A stretch of 64,000 bases of DNA from Schmidtea polychroa. Its lineage: Eukaryota. Below are positions 39,686 through 57,410 of the stretch, in pieces. The stretch lies in the NCBI GenBank assembly GCA_044892525.1, contig CM097885.1:37078001-37142000 (forward strand), read 5' to 3'. The position numbers and the translations under genes were made by a program. Each line of letters opens with the position of its first letter. Positions within the stretch are counted from its first letter, which is position 1. A model generated the notes under the pieces. The model ran no database searches. It saw nothing but the letters and a program-made list of their open reading frames with translations, and had not been told where the DNA came from.

Positions 39686-39830
39686 TTGATCAATGACAAA
39701 TCGGATTAAAAAAATGATAAATAAAACATATCAACATATATTTAATAAAAGAAAAAACAATTCCTTAGTTAATTAACATGTATTTGAAATGGCATAACTA
39801 ATTAAAATAATATAAATACTCCATATGAAA

Positions 39831-39960
<130 letters not shown>

Positions 39961-39994
39961 ATTTTCATCTTCATCATCTTTATATTATTTATAG

Positions 39995-40152
39995 AATTTT
40001 ATGATCGTATGGATGGAGATATGCATTTGAGTTTTGGAGGACTTTATGGTAGAAGTCAAATGCAACAAGACCCATCAATTGAAAGAGATCTAAATTTAAC
40101 ACTAGAAGAAATATATCATGGGTGTATTAAGAAATTGAAAATTTCAAGGAGG
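39995..40152 (+). CDS. DNAJB13: DNAJB13 exon 3
   Basis: EFYDRMDGD...FGGLYGR...QDPSIERDLNLTLEEIYHGCIKKLKISRR; AG/GTAAG boundaries in phase. Confidence 0.95.
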
Positions 40153-40761
40153 GTAAGCATTGAATTGTATTTTTTGAAAGTGGGCAAATAATTTTATTGA
40201 TATCAAATTGTACAATTTGTGGATCTTTCTACGACAGAGTTTTTTATATAGTGAGAATTTAATAGTTACAATTGCATTGTAAAGACACAATTTTCTAATT
40301 GAAATATTATATTTAAGTTGGCCATTTTATATTTAATCTATAGAAATTGTGGAAACTATTTAAAAAACATTGTCGGCACTCTAAAGAACAATTAGTAATT
40401 GTTAAATTAGTTTTTCTTACATCTCAACAGCTAATGTAATATTTTCTGTAAATCTTGTTAACTTAAGCAAGATATTAAATAAAGGCCAAAAACCCCGTAC
40501 ATGATTTCAATAAGATAAAGCATTTATTAAATCATAAAATTCCAACTATTTATATAATTTAGCAATATTGTAATCTTGAGCTTATCCCAAAAATTCAGTG
40601 CATTGCGAAGATCTTCTTCCACCTTTTACATATGGGAGAAATAGATATCATTGAGTAAATTGACATTTCCTGAACCCTGTTTCCATGTTATTAATGCTCA
40701 CGTTATCATCTTAAATGTACTCAAGCGAACTTTGATAAAATCTCATTTTTTAAAAATAATG

Positions 40762-40802
<41 letters not shown>

Positions 40803-40865
40803 TTTTTTTTTCGGATGTGAATGAAATTAACAGCACAAAATTTGTGATACCCATTGCAAATCCCA

Positions 40866-40907
40866 ATAGTAGACTAGTTTCAAGCTTTTGGCTCTTATCA
40901 GTACAAT
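40866..40907 (-). ncRNA. Minimal type I hammerhead ribozyme (Penelope-type) with one core substitution
   Basis: Minus strand ATTGTA-CTGATAA-GAGC CAAAA GCTT-GAAAC TA GTC-TACTAT: helix I, CUGAUGA-like core, helix II, GAAA, palindromic ACTAGT helix III, GUC site. Confidence 0.75.
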
Positions 40908-41255
40908 GCAGGAGACGTGAAGATTTCTCTTCGCGCCAGTTAAGTATACAATATGCAAAAAAAATTTTACACCATTACTTTATAAGTTAAAAATGCTAAA
41001 GGTAATCAGATGCACTTGTAAATATTTTCTGTGTATCGACTAATTTTTTAATCCGTAGAGGTGATTATGATTTTTCATACGCCATGTTTACAAGTTTACA
41101 GATTTTCTGTAACCAAGCTACTAAGCAAGCGGTATGATTTTCAGTGTACCAGGGAAAGCATGCAATAAAGCTGAATCAGCAATATTGTATACTTACCTGG
41201 CTCGAAGAGAAATCTTAGGGTCTCCTGCATAGTACTGATGAGAGCCAAAAGCTTG
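40881..41255. repeat. 74-bp inverted repeat (40881-40954 / 41182-41255), Penelope pLTR-like, between (AAT)n tracts
   Basis: Arms are reverse complements with a few mismatches; the right arm carries ATAGTA-CTGATGA-GAGCCAAAAGCTTG, truncated before GAAA. Confidence 0.85.
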
Positions 41256-41277
41256 TGCTGTTTATAAGATAACAATA

Positions 41278-41367
<90 letters not shown>

Positions 41368-42889
41368 CAAAAACAAGACATTTTCCTTCACTTTCGCCAT
41401 CAAAATAAATTAAGACATGAATTATTTATGTATTATTTATTATTTATGAATTATTATTTTTAGTGTAAATTTATTTTGTTTTAATAATAAAATAATATTT
41501 TTTAATAAATGTGAATTTTAATTGACATATTTATAGCCTTTCTAATAAACAAAGTTAAACATTGATATAATGAGACTAGCAAAATATTTACATAGTTTAA
41601 ATTAAATTGTAAAAGTGGCTTTATTTGAGAACTGTTGAAGTTAGTCGCATTATTCGTATAGCATTTGTAATAAAATGAATTTTTCTCCCCATTACCTATC
41701 TTATACATCATAGGTACGGAATATTTTTCAAGTTATTCATAATTATAAAAAAATTTCATAATTATTAACTGATTTTTATTCAAAATAATAAATTAAAAAA
41801 AGTATAATTCATAGAATTATAGTATGCATATTATGTATAAAGTAAACCCTGTGTGATTTTTGGGTTTGAAACTTCTCGGATAACGATTTTTCGAAAACGA
41901 GAATAAATCAACGTGAGATAAAGATTAATTTTATTTTGGAAAAACTTGGAAGAAAAAAATTTGTTATTGAAAGAATAAAAAAATATAATCGAAAAGAGAA
42001 TATTTTTTAAAATAAAATTAAAACAATCTGAAGTCTTTATTGAAAAATTAAATTTGCGAAATTATTACTTTCATTATAATAAAAGTAATACAATATTCGT
42101 CCAAAATATAAATCTTGGGCCTAAACAATTTGCGCATATATATTTATGCTTGTCGACTGAAAAGGATCATTATCATTGTCATTATATCTGTATGCTATTT
42201 CTTCTCTTAATATTTATTTAATAAATTATATTCCTTAATAGTCTCTGATTGTTTATGATTAATTGTTTATTTATACTATCAAGACACGGAAAATTATCCT
42301 TTAATAATTCATTTAATTCTTCATGCCATTATAATATTTGCGTTAGTAATACAATAATCAACCAAATTAAATACATTAAAATAATAAGTAATAAAATTAA
42401 AATAAATTAAAAATCTCATAGTCACGTTTGAAATGGTGAAATTACAAATGTAATTATAAAAATTTGTTTGGATTGTTTCGTGCGTATCTCAGCACCAACC
42501 CCAATTATTTATGACTTTACAACTACTTCCTAACCATGAATTTATTCCATATTCACTTATCTTTATATAATCCCCGGTAAGATTGAAAACTGTCATGATT
42601 TCTCCTCTATCTGACATACACATATTCTTCGAAGGATGACAATTGTTATTAAAAGCATACAAAATGAATTCTATTTTGTCATGATATGTAAATTTATGAT
42701 TCGGAACCAAATACATTCCTTTGGGGAAATTAAATTTACACTATCATTGCTGTGACACTTTATTTATGAGCTTTTTATGGTTTCGCAAAATTTTCCATAT
42801 TCCTTTTTGAGTAAAGGGAACATATTCTCGAGTTACTTCATTAATTTGGGGATACCTAAATAACAAATTTACAAAAAAATAAATAGATT

Positions 42890-43906
42890 TAATCGGGGGA
42901 AAATCGTCATGACAAACGGGGCGATCTATCGGAACTCGGAAAAGAAAACGGAAGTAAAAAGAAACGAGAAATGGGAAAGATAAAACGAAAAAAAGAAAGC
43001 GAACAAGAAATTAAAATAAAGGTCATTACTAATTAATTAGTACAAAAAGAAAAGGAATTTCAAATCGGGAACAACAAAAACAACAATAATGTATTTATCT
43101 CGACAACTTGTCCGAGATAACGGGAACAAAAAGGAAACAGGTTGGAGCGTCAAAAAGGGCATAACTAGACAGCTGTCAAAGATGACTCTATTGCAGGGAA
43201 AAGTCCGACAATTATGTTGGAGAAAAAAATAGGAAATTAAAGATAAACTGAAGTGCCAAAAAGTGACGAGGTATAAAAGGACGAAGCACAACAAAAGCAG
43301 ACAGAGAGAGTTAAGAGAGAAACAGTACGACAGAACGATTAAGAGAGAACATTTGCGAACAAACATTTGCGTCAGAAAATTGTTGAACAAAGTTACGACA
43401 GAAGATTTGAGACATAATATTGCGACAAAGGACAAAATAATTGAGATAATACGACAACATTTATTTGAAGAATCTGAAGACAATTGAAGCTGAGAAACTT
43501 AGAGAAGAGTTAAAAGAAGAATTCGAGACAAGAAAGCAGAAATAAAGCAGAAATACAGCAGCAAGAGCTTATTCAGTTAATAACAGAGTAAAGTTCGACG
43601 AGTAAATCGAAGTCAAACTAGAAAGCAAGCAGTTAAATTACCAATTGTCATACTCCTCAGTCGTGAGAGAATTGTCAAATCAAGATTATACGAGCGTGAT
43701 ATTCTTCATCATAGTGTTGTAATAAGTACTGTATAATCGGTAGTTAGCTTGTTGAGCCAATTGTATCATTGTGAAAATATTTGTGATATTCAATAAAGTT
43801 TTCAGTGTTAATTGTTATCTGTGGGTCATTTAAAGGTACGCTTGAGTCAGAGAAATAATTTATTAAATTTAAATTTCACCAACGACCCAATAACCCAACA
43901 ATTACA
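42890..43906 (+). mobile_element. LTR-like remnant in DNAJB13 intron 3
   Basis: Purine-rich segment with AATAAA (43792) ending AATTACA; no TSD, left boundary uncertain. Confidence 0.4.
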
Positions 43907-44329
43907 ATGTGTTTAACAGCTCTAACTTCAGAGCTTATAAACATATTGGTCAGGTCATTTTAAGGTGGAAGTAACTTCTAATTAATTCTTTGATTATTTA
44001 CATGTAGTAATGACAAAAAGTTTTAATTTATTTTTAGTATTTCTTAATTTATTACAACTATGCGTATTTTAAAGGAATAAGGTTTTGAAGTTTTGGGACT
44101 CTATGTTGACATAAGAACTTGTTAAAAAGAAATTAAATAAAACATTAGATACATACATAGAGATGAATCTTTTAATTAATATAAATATACGCCAAAACCA
44201 TGGTTTGCATCGTTCATAATTTTTCGTGTTTTCAAAGTTCTATTTGCGTTACTTAAATTTATATAAAGGAGTTTTCCCATTTATTTCAGTAAGACAAATT
44301 TTTATGTAAACTTTTAAAAAGAAGAAGTT

Positions 44330-44888
44330 ATTATTGGAGTTTAAATAAATTTATTAGTTAGTTTTAAAAGTTATTACTGGAACGATACTGATACACTTGA
44401 TGTAGTTCCAGAAGAAAAAAAAACTAACACAGGTGATATTTCGAAAGTGATGTAACTCATTTCAAAAGCAATGGGGAATTTTTCAGCTTATGATCCTGGC
44501 GGAAATCGGAGTTTAAAAGTTACAAGATCTGTGGATGACACTATTAATTCTTACAAAGAAAAGTCGTAAATATTCTACAAATTTTTGACAATTTTTTATG
44601 GAATTCATAAAAAAAGTCCAGTGTTTGCCGAATTTTTACAGATTTCCTTTTTTTGATTTTTTAAAAAATTATTTATTTCTTTTATTTCTACTTACCTTTT
44701 ATTTTTATTATTTCATAATGAAAAAAAATATAAATCAAAGTTTTGTTGCAATATAGTTAGGAATTTTTTCAAATATAGCATCCTGGTACCAATTTTTAAA
44801 AAACTTTATAAATATATAGAAAAAAAAGTTCAATTTGCGTCGTGTTTCTCTGGCCCCAATTAACAATGCAAATTGAGGTATTTGTGTA
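44330..44888 (+). mobile_element. pogo/Tigger 3' remnant
   Basis: DPGGNRSLKVTRSVDDTINSYKE resembles Tigger C-termini; TIR-like end followed by TA. Confidence 0.4.
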
Positions 44889-45606
44889 AACTAAAAAATC
44901 CTTAATTAAAATAAAATGCCTTTCCATTTAGTATTGCCAAAAGAAGTTCAATTACTGTTTTTATTTAATTTATTTTCATTTCAATTTTCGGAACTGCTTT
45001 CAAATAAGTGTTATTTCAAATTTTCATTTAAATTCATTCCAAAATTAATGTCATATTAAAAATTTACATAAAAATTTAATTGAGATGTCAAAAAAAAAAT
45101 TTCCAAATAAATTTATTGGTCTTGACAACAAATATTCCAATAAACATAAACAAAATCGATTTAATTTCAGAATTGAAACAAATATATTTCGTCGACACGA
45201 CTCTACTATTAGATAGGGAATTATCATTGACAATCCGAGAGCACTAATAAATCAATCAGAAAATTGATAAAATTACGGCCAATCTTTTTAATCTAATCTT
45301 TTATGAGAACTAAAAGTGGAAACCTATTTTATTCACTTTTCTATTATTTCATTTTCACAGTTAAAAAATCGATTTTTCAAAAAATCACTATAAAAAACTT
45401 TTTTTACAGATATATTTCGGCGACAATTTATTCTAAAATCCTCTAAAAGATTTATTCCATCATTAATGATGACATGTGTCAATCAATTCGTATCACTGCA
45501 TGTCATAAATGCATCATAAATGATCCATACACACATACACACACAGATGCAGATGTGTGCGACTCACAGACCAAGCAGCATTAATCGATTTTATTTTTTA
45601 TTTCAG

Positions 45607-45739
45607 GTTATGAATGAAGACGGACACACGAGCAGCATCAGAGACAAAATTCTGTCAGTCAATGTTCAATGTGGATGGAAAGAAGGCACTAAAATTACAT
45701 TCCCGAAGGAAGGCGATCAAGGTCCCAATATAATTCCAG
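45607..45739 (+). CDS. DNAJB13: DNAJB13 exon 4
   Basis: [16 protein letters not shown]...[22 protein letters not shown]. Confidence 0.95.
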
Positions 45740-46009
45740 GTGGGAATTAATTTTATTCCTAATCTTCCAGTCACGGATTGTTTGATTGGGTTAAATATAA
45801 TTTTATAATTTGTCTTTTAACCACAATTTGGTAGATTAGTCAAAAATTTTAACATTGATAATATTGTTTTTTTATTTGTTGAAATTAGTAAATAAAAAAT
45901 TTATATTATTGCCAAAAATATATTAAACATATTTACCAAAGGATAATCATTGATATATTTTTACTGCAATATATAATTTTAGCACAATGATGAATAACAA
46001 TTACAACTA

Positions 46010-46631
46010 CAGAAAACCCTCAAATAACGCGGTTAATAGGCGTGTTAATCAAAACCGCGTTATTTGAAGTTAATAAGCAATGTGAAAAATTATAATTCGT
46101 CCCAAGTCCTTCAGAATAGCAACCAACATTTCTTTATATACAATTTTTTTAAAATTTTTTTTAAGATTATAAACAAAGGATAATAATATATATTTGCGGC
46201 AAAAGTTTATTAAAATACACAAATAAATACCATTTCTTTGCCAAAGAAAGAATTTCCAGTACATACAATATGTATATATATTCACTGTACACATTTTGAA
46301 AAAAAAGTTATTATAAACGCACCAGTTGCGTAGCTATTAATGCAGAATAAAAAAACTATACTGTAGTAGAGTACTGTATAGTAAAAGATTAGACAATCTA
46401 ATAAATAATAAGAAGAAAAAAAGAGTTTATAAACATTTGGATAAAGTCGTAAAGTTTTATAAATACGAGTGCTCAAATAAGCAGACTTTCTAGTTTTTAT
46501 CGAAATTTTTGCCAGATTTGCCGCGCTAATTGAAACTTTGATTCGCGCTAATTGATACTTGGTAGCGAACTATAAACCGCGTTAAATCGAATTCCGCGCT
46601 AGTCGAACCCGCGTTAATCGAGAGTTCACTG
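46010..46631. mobile_element. pogo/Tc1-type MITE in DNAJB13 intron 4
   Basis: Imperfect TIRs CAGAAAACCCTCAAATAACGCG / CGCGTTAATCGAGAGTTCACTG with TA on both sides. Confidence 0.8.
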
Positions 46632-47589
46632 TATATCCATTGACGTCTGTAACCTGAAAAATCCTAAGATGTATTGTTTTTCTACTTTAGCTTATGATAT
46701 GTGAAACTAAACTTACCATAGGAAATTCATATTTACGATTCTAATAACAAAATTAAAACAATTATGAATATCGAATTATAAGTAATTAAAAGAAAATATT
46801 TTTTGTATCAAATATTTATTTAACTAACATTCAATCTTGAATAACACTGAAGAAACTGCAAAGTTTGAAAATTGCAATTGTGAAGCAGCAACTGTATACC
46901 TATTATTACCACTGTATCCCTATTATCCCAAATTATATTAATACCATTAATCCTATGCATAACTATAACCTTAACCTAAACAATAGCCTCAATACTTAAT
47001 TCTAATAGTAAACAACTACCAATTCGTTCTTTTTCACATTCCGTTGTGTGACCAAGTTTTTCTAAATCTCAAGCTTGTTTAGTCACCTGGGTCAATATCA
47101 ATTTTTTTCATAATGCCTGTTTCGTTTTCTAAAAATTTTGGTTCACATTTTACTCTTTGTACTAATTTCAAAAAATTTAAAAACAGTATTAGAATTATTC
47201 TATAAATTTAGAATTAATTTTATAATTTGAATATTTTAATAATAAATTAGTAAAAAAAAATATCAGTCCGGAATTTTCTACAAGAATGCATCTAAAAACT
47301 AATTGAGTATTGACAAAATTATCCCTAACGAATTGGAATTTTCCCCAATATTTCATAAAATTGTTATAAGTTTCCTGATACTTTCTCCTCATATCTACAC
47401 CGGTTATTTAATTTAGTAAATGAATAATATTTGATTTTTATAGATATAAACAATTTTTAATTTAATTTCGATTTTAAAATGTTTTGCTAAAAAGGAGAAA
47501 TAAATAATACTGATTCTAAAATTTAATTTCACTATTAAATTAATTACTGACAAATAATAAGTAGTAATAATGCCTATATTTATATTTAG

Positions 47590-47761
47590 CTGACGTTGTG
47601 TTCATTCTCAAAGACCGGGCACATTCTAGATTTCGGCGCGATGAAGCTAACTTAATTTATTTGTCTAACATATCATTGGCTGATGCTCTGATTGGCTGCA
47701 CAATTGATATAATGACCTTGGATGATCGCTTGTTGCACATACCAATCACAGACATTATCTA
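47590..47761 (+). CDS. DNAJB13: DNAJB13 exon 5
   Basis: ADVVFILKDRAHSRFRRDEANLIY...ALIGCTIDIMTLDDRLLHIPITDII; not in the ORF track, translated by hand. Confidence 0.93.
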
Positions 47762-47818
47762 GTAGAATTATTAAATTATTTTCATATATATATATTATCA
47801 ATTATGCCAATATTTTAG

Positions 47819-47969
47819 TCCGGGGTATATGAAAATCGTTCCCGGCGAAGGAATGCCGCATCCATCAAAGCCGGATGTGAAGGGAGATTTACATATTCAA
47901 TTCAACATAGAATTTCCTAAAAAGCTGACTGCAGAACAGAAGGAGCATATAAAAGCCATTCTACGATAA
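47819..47969 (+). CDS. DNAJB13: DNAJB13 exon 6 (terminal)
   Basis: PGYMKIVPGEGMP...KGDLHIQFNIEFPKKLTAEQKEHIKAILR*; total CDS 951 nt = 316 aa. Confidence 0.93.
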
Positions 47970-48119
47970 AAAGATAAAAACAATCAAATTGATTTTTATT
48001 ATTCTTGCTTTTTCGAACTTAGAAAACATAAAAAATGAAAATGAGAAAATTTTTTTTTAATTTATCTTGGAGATTTTCTGTTTATTATTAAATAATTAAT
48101 AATTGATAACATTGATAAT

Positions 48120-48825
48120 TAGAGTTGGGCGAGTCGATTAAGCGAAAACCGTCGGTTTTAACCCCGTTTTCGGTTTTTTCTTACTTTTCTTTATTTTTTG
48201 ATATTTCAAAGCACTTCATAAATTTTCTCGGCAAGAAAACTTATTATCAATGGAAAATAGAAATATAAAATTTAAATCACTAATTATTAAAATATTTACA
48301 GTTAAATAATGTCGTCATCAAATGTATGGAAATATGCAGTAAAATGAAAAAATCCACAAACGAAAGAGTCTGAAGGTGTTTGTAACAATTGTGTTTCGGC
48401 AATAAAATGTAGTGACGGATCTACAACTTCGTTGAAAAACCATATTTTAAGGCGCAGTATAAAAGTAGATTCTGAAGTATCAAACGACAATATGGGTCCA
48501 TCAACATTATAGAAAGTCAAGACACTGGGCAGATATTTTAAATTAGCATCATTAATTGAACAAATATCGGATATGGCCACAGATGTGTTTCAATTCGGGC
48601 TATAACTAGAAACAAGACTATTCGTAAATTAATGAAAGAAGGTGGCACAAAATGGCCGACTTGTGAAAGAGATGTAATGGGACTAATTTATGAAGACTTT
48701 GAAGAGAAAAAAGTTGGTAGCAATTAAATATATTAAAAAGAGAGTTGAGAATGATGAAAAATTTTGCTGTACTTTCGAAGAGTACTCAAATGTCAGATGA
48801 ATGTCAGGAATTAATCTGAACTGTC
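48120..48825 (+). mobile_element. hAT (Ac-type, BED zinc finger) 5' remnant
   Basis: TAGAGTTGGGCGA terminus with AACCG/CGGTT subterminal motifs; SNVWKY...VCNNC...DGSTTSLKNH. Confidence 0.7.
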
Positions 48826-48919
48826 AGTAGGGTATCATGTGGACCCGGAAACAAAGGTAATTACGTCATAACCCCCCGGGGAGGGGGTAAAAATTTTTTT
48901 AAAAAAATTACAAAAAATT

Positions 48920-49223
48920 TTAAGGTCACGATAAGGTCATAGTAAGGCCAACTAAGGTCAAATTTTAAGGTCAAATTCGATTTTAGGGCAGTTTAAGGTC
49001 ATACCCTGGGGTCAAAGTAGACTTAAGGCCATTTAAGGTCAAAAATCGAGGTCAAATGCGATTTAGGTCAGTTTAAGGTCAAATATTTAAAAAATACATA
49101 TTACGTAACAAATACATATTACACAACAAAGGCATTTAAGGAACAAAGACATATGACTCATCAATTTAAACAAAGACATATGAGTTATTATATTTTTAAT
49201 TTCCAAAGGTCAAATAAGGTCAG
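48920..49223 (+). repeat. Array of AGGTCA motifs (11 exact copies plus variants, all on one strand)
   Basis: Counted directly. Confidence 0.85.
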
Positions 49224-49316
49224 AGTTTCAAGCAAGGGTTTCATTCGAAAGGTCTATCCTCTACCAATTATTATTATTATTACGGGCGCGGGGAATATTA
49301 TTATTATTATTATCAT

Positions 49317-53890
<4,574 letters not shown>

Positions 53891-54917
53891 GATAAAACGA
53901 ATTAACAATAACTCCATCAAATTGAATCAGTCAAATTATCACAAATTTTGATAAAAAATCTTATTTTAAAATGGTAAGCAGCGTAAAATCGAAAGATAAT
54001 TTTAAAAAGATTTCTTTCTTGATAAACATGGCGAATTGTATGCTATGAAAAAGCATTAATGATGATTTTATTAATTAAACTTTCCACTGCATCATAAAAA
54101 AAGTAATTTCAACACATTTGACTTCCTACCGGTGTAGATTTGAGCAGCAATTGGTAGAATAGTGAAGTGCTCCCCAGAGCTAACCCAGGGGGTTCTTATC
54201 GTCACCATACCTCATGCTCCAAGAAACGGTTACGTCATAAGACAATAGAAAAGGAATAATATTAAAACATACCTGCAAACTAGGCAAAAGTATTGACAGA
54301 AATTTAATAATTCGAGATATTACATGATTACTAAGCTTTTGGTATTTTAATATTACAGAGGAGAACCAAATTAAAGCTGATGTCCAGACAATGGGAAATT
54401 TGATCGTCCTTGTAATTTTAAAAATTTAATATACAACCTCCCGTTTCTTCCTTTCAGACAAACTGATGATAAAATGAATATAAATAATTAATTTATTTAT
54501 AACATTAATAATAACAACTTTTAATAAATAAATTTAAAAATTTTTAAATATTTACAAACAAAAAGTTGAAAATTTATTTTTTAAAATGAATAATTTCTAC
54601 TTTTCAAACGCAACTGATTAAAATCCCATTTGCCATTTCCTCGAATGAATAATTTCATTTCCAATGAAATTTATTTTCTTTTTCTGTAATATCAGCAGAA
54701 TTTATTTTATCTTTACACTAACATTCTTACTCATTCAAATTATGATCAAATAACTTTTTCAGACCGAATTTCAAAAGACTTTCAGCACGCAACTGGCGGA
54801 TTTAATTTAAATCCCTGAATATTTTTCTAAGTCAAGCTAAAAATGAAATTATTTTTAGAAATAATAAAAATAGTTGACTTAATTTTGAATGATGTAAACT
54901 GAAAAAACCTTTTTCAG

Positions 54918-55090
<173 letters not shown>

Positions 55091-55595
55091 ATAGGAGAGC
55101 CGTATCCCCAAGGGTTCAGTTTCAGAGCCTACTCAAGATATCTGAAACCGCGGATAATAGTGAACCATACAAGTAGATCATACTTTTGAATATTAATACG
55201 CGATAGAAAGAATAAAAATAATTTTTTTCAATATTGTTACAAATTCAAATTAAAAATTGCTACGTATCAAATTCGTGAAAATGAGCGCATATTTCTATAC
55301 ATCTTTTTCTTTTTAGATGTTAAACCCATAGAAATTCCTTCACTAAGAAATAAATACAAAAGCATTAGTTCCTCCAAAAACCGAAGCTATAATAATTGGT
55401 ACTGTGGGTGCAATACCTAATAAAGTTACCACCAGAAAAGATTGATGTTGAAACTGAAAATAATCCCGTTATTGCTATACCTGTAAATTAAAATAAATTT
55501 AAATGAAATTTAGGTTAATAATTTAAATAAAAAGTAAGTGAAGAGAAAAGACAAATAAAAGCATGATCATGCACAGAATTGATAGTAAAGGAAAG

Positions 55596-56390
55596 TGTGA
55601 TGGAAGCAGTATTATAAAATGCCAAAAGTAATTACGAAAGGCAAAAATCCGGAAATCCGAGAAAAATCAATAAATTGTAAAATCATCGAAATCGAATTGG
55701 GAAAACGGGACAGGTATAGATTAGCTAATGGTCAACAAGATGATGATTAGGGATTTATCAGAAAATGGTTAGGAAGGGTCGAAAAGCATTCAAATGTGTA
55801 AAAACAGAAAACATTAATTAATTAATTAATTGGCTAATAGAAAACCCAAGCTAGTGGGAAACCCGAGTCAATGGAGAACCCAAGATATGAAGGAAACCCG
55901 AGCCAATGGAGAACCCAAGATATGAAGGATCCCCGAGCCAATGGAGAACCCGAGATATGAAGGAAACCCGAGCTGGGTAAACAAGAAGAAAAGTAAACAG
56001 AAGGAAGATTTGGGCCCATTAGCTTGACACAATGATTAAGTGGAAAAGAGCAAGGAGAAGATAGTGCGTGTAGAAAGGCCGGATGGGCCATTAATTATCT
56101 TTGTTCGTTGGACCATTATGGGTGACAGCCGAAGCAGATACGTGGAAGCAAATGTCAAGTGAGAGATTGGCTCGGCAATAACCATTTGTCATCCCGATTT
56201 CGAAGAGTATATAAGGAAGGGGAAAATCAGAGCATTTTGCCTCAGCTAGGGTTAGAAGACATCGAGCTTAGGAAAGGTAAAAACGAATTTAGGAGATTAG
56301 GGAAAAAGAAGAGATAGAATAATAATAAAAAGGGTGAAAAAGGATCAAATCAGATAGAAAAAGGAAAACGTTGATCAAGAGAAGGAATTC
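55596..56390 (+). mobile_element. 3' LTR remnant with a 35-bp tandem repeat (55857-55973, ~3.3 copies)
   Basis: Purine tract AAAGGAAAG then TGTGAT; units GGAAACCCGAGCCAATGGAGAACCCAAGATATGAA; TATA box near 56208. Confidence 0.55.
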
Positions 56391-57361
56391 ATATATATTA
56401 GTAAATGTTTGACATCAACTTTTGTGAATTTTGAAAGTTTGAATTGAGAAAACAAAATTTTATGAATTTTTAGCAAAATTAAATTTAAAAAAATTAATGA
56501 ATTAGTTTCGTTTGATTTAGTTTGGATTTCAATTCTTCCTGACGATGATAGCGAGTCTGTAAAATATATATTGTAGTTATATTGCAAATAAATATTTAAA
56601 TTATTCTTTATTTAATGCTAAATACAGTAGAATAGAAATACGATAAAATGAAAAATGATACATATATAATTTACATATATAACTTTCATATAAAATTTAA
56701 CAAAAAATAAATATTGAATATAAGTTAGAAAATATTTACATCCTAAATAGTATTAAATTTCTGAATTTTGAAATGTTTCTACGTCAATTCTTCAAGAAGA
56801 TTACTTTAATTATTAAGTAAACATTTCATGTTTATTTTCAAGAAAAATATTTTTAAATAAAATAATCAGTTTCATTTTGGAAAATTTTACAGTGAAATGA
56901 TTGTTGAAAAACATTTAAAAAATTTTACTCACAAACTTTTGATATCGTGCAAATATATTGAAATAATTTGATTAACATTTATTAAATGCCGCAACACTTA
57001 GTATTAATAAAAAGTTTATATCAAATTATAAATCTAACACTCACTCTCCTTTTACACAGGAACCACAGATTTAATTTCATTTATTTCAAGTATCTTTTAT
57101 TAATATGTAAATATTTACTGGGAAAAAATGTTTTTTAACAAGTAAGATTATATGTAACTAAATAATTATTATTTTCAATAATTTAATGCTTGTATTATTC
57201 CATATAGGGACTTACCAGTGCTCCAACAGTAGCCCAAACTATTGATTTTTATAGACATCCTTGAAAATAAAATAGTTAAATGAACTTGAATAATTAATAC
57301 AATAATTTCATAAATAAATTTGTGATTGATAATTGTCTGGGTTGTTGCCAGAGTAAGAGGC

Positions 57362-57410
<49 letters not shown>

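Noticed and set aside
36503..39696. 25-bp TIRs including TCATTGATCAA
   Set aside because: Leaves no TSD; better explained as a 14-bp TIR plus an 8-bp TSD in a palindromic target
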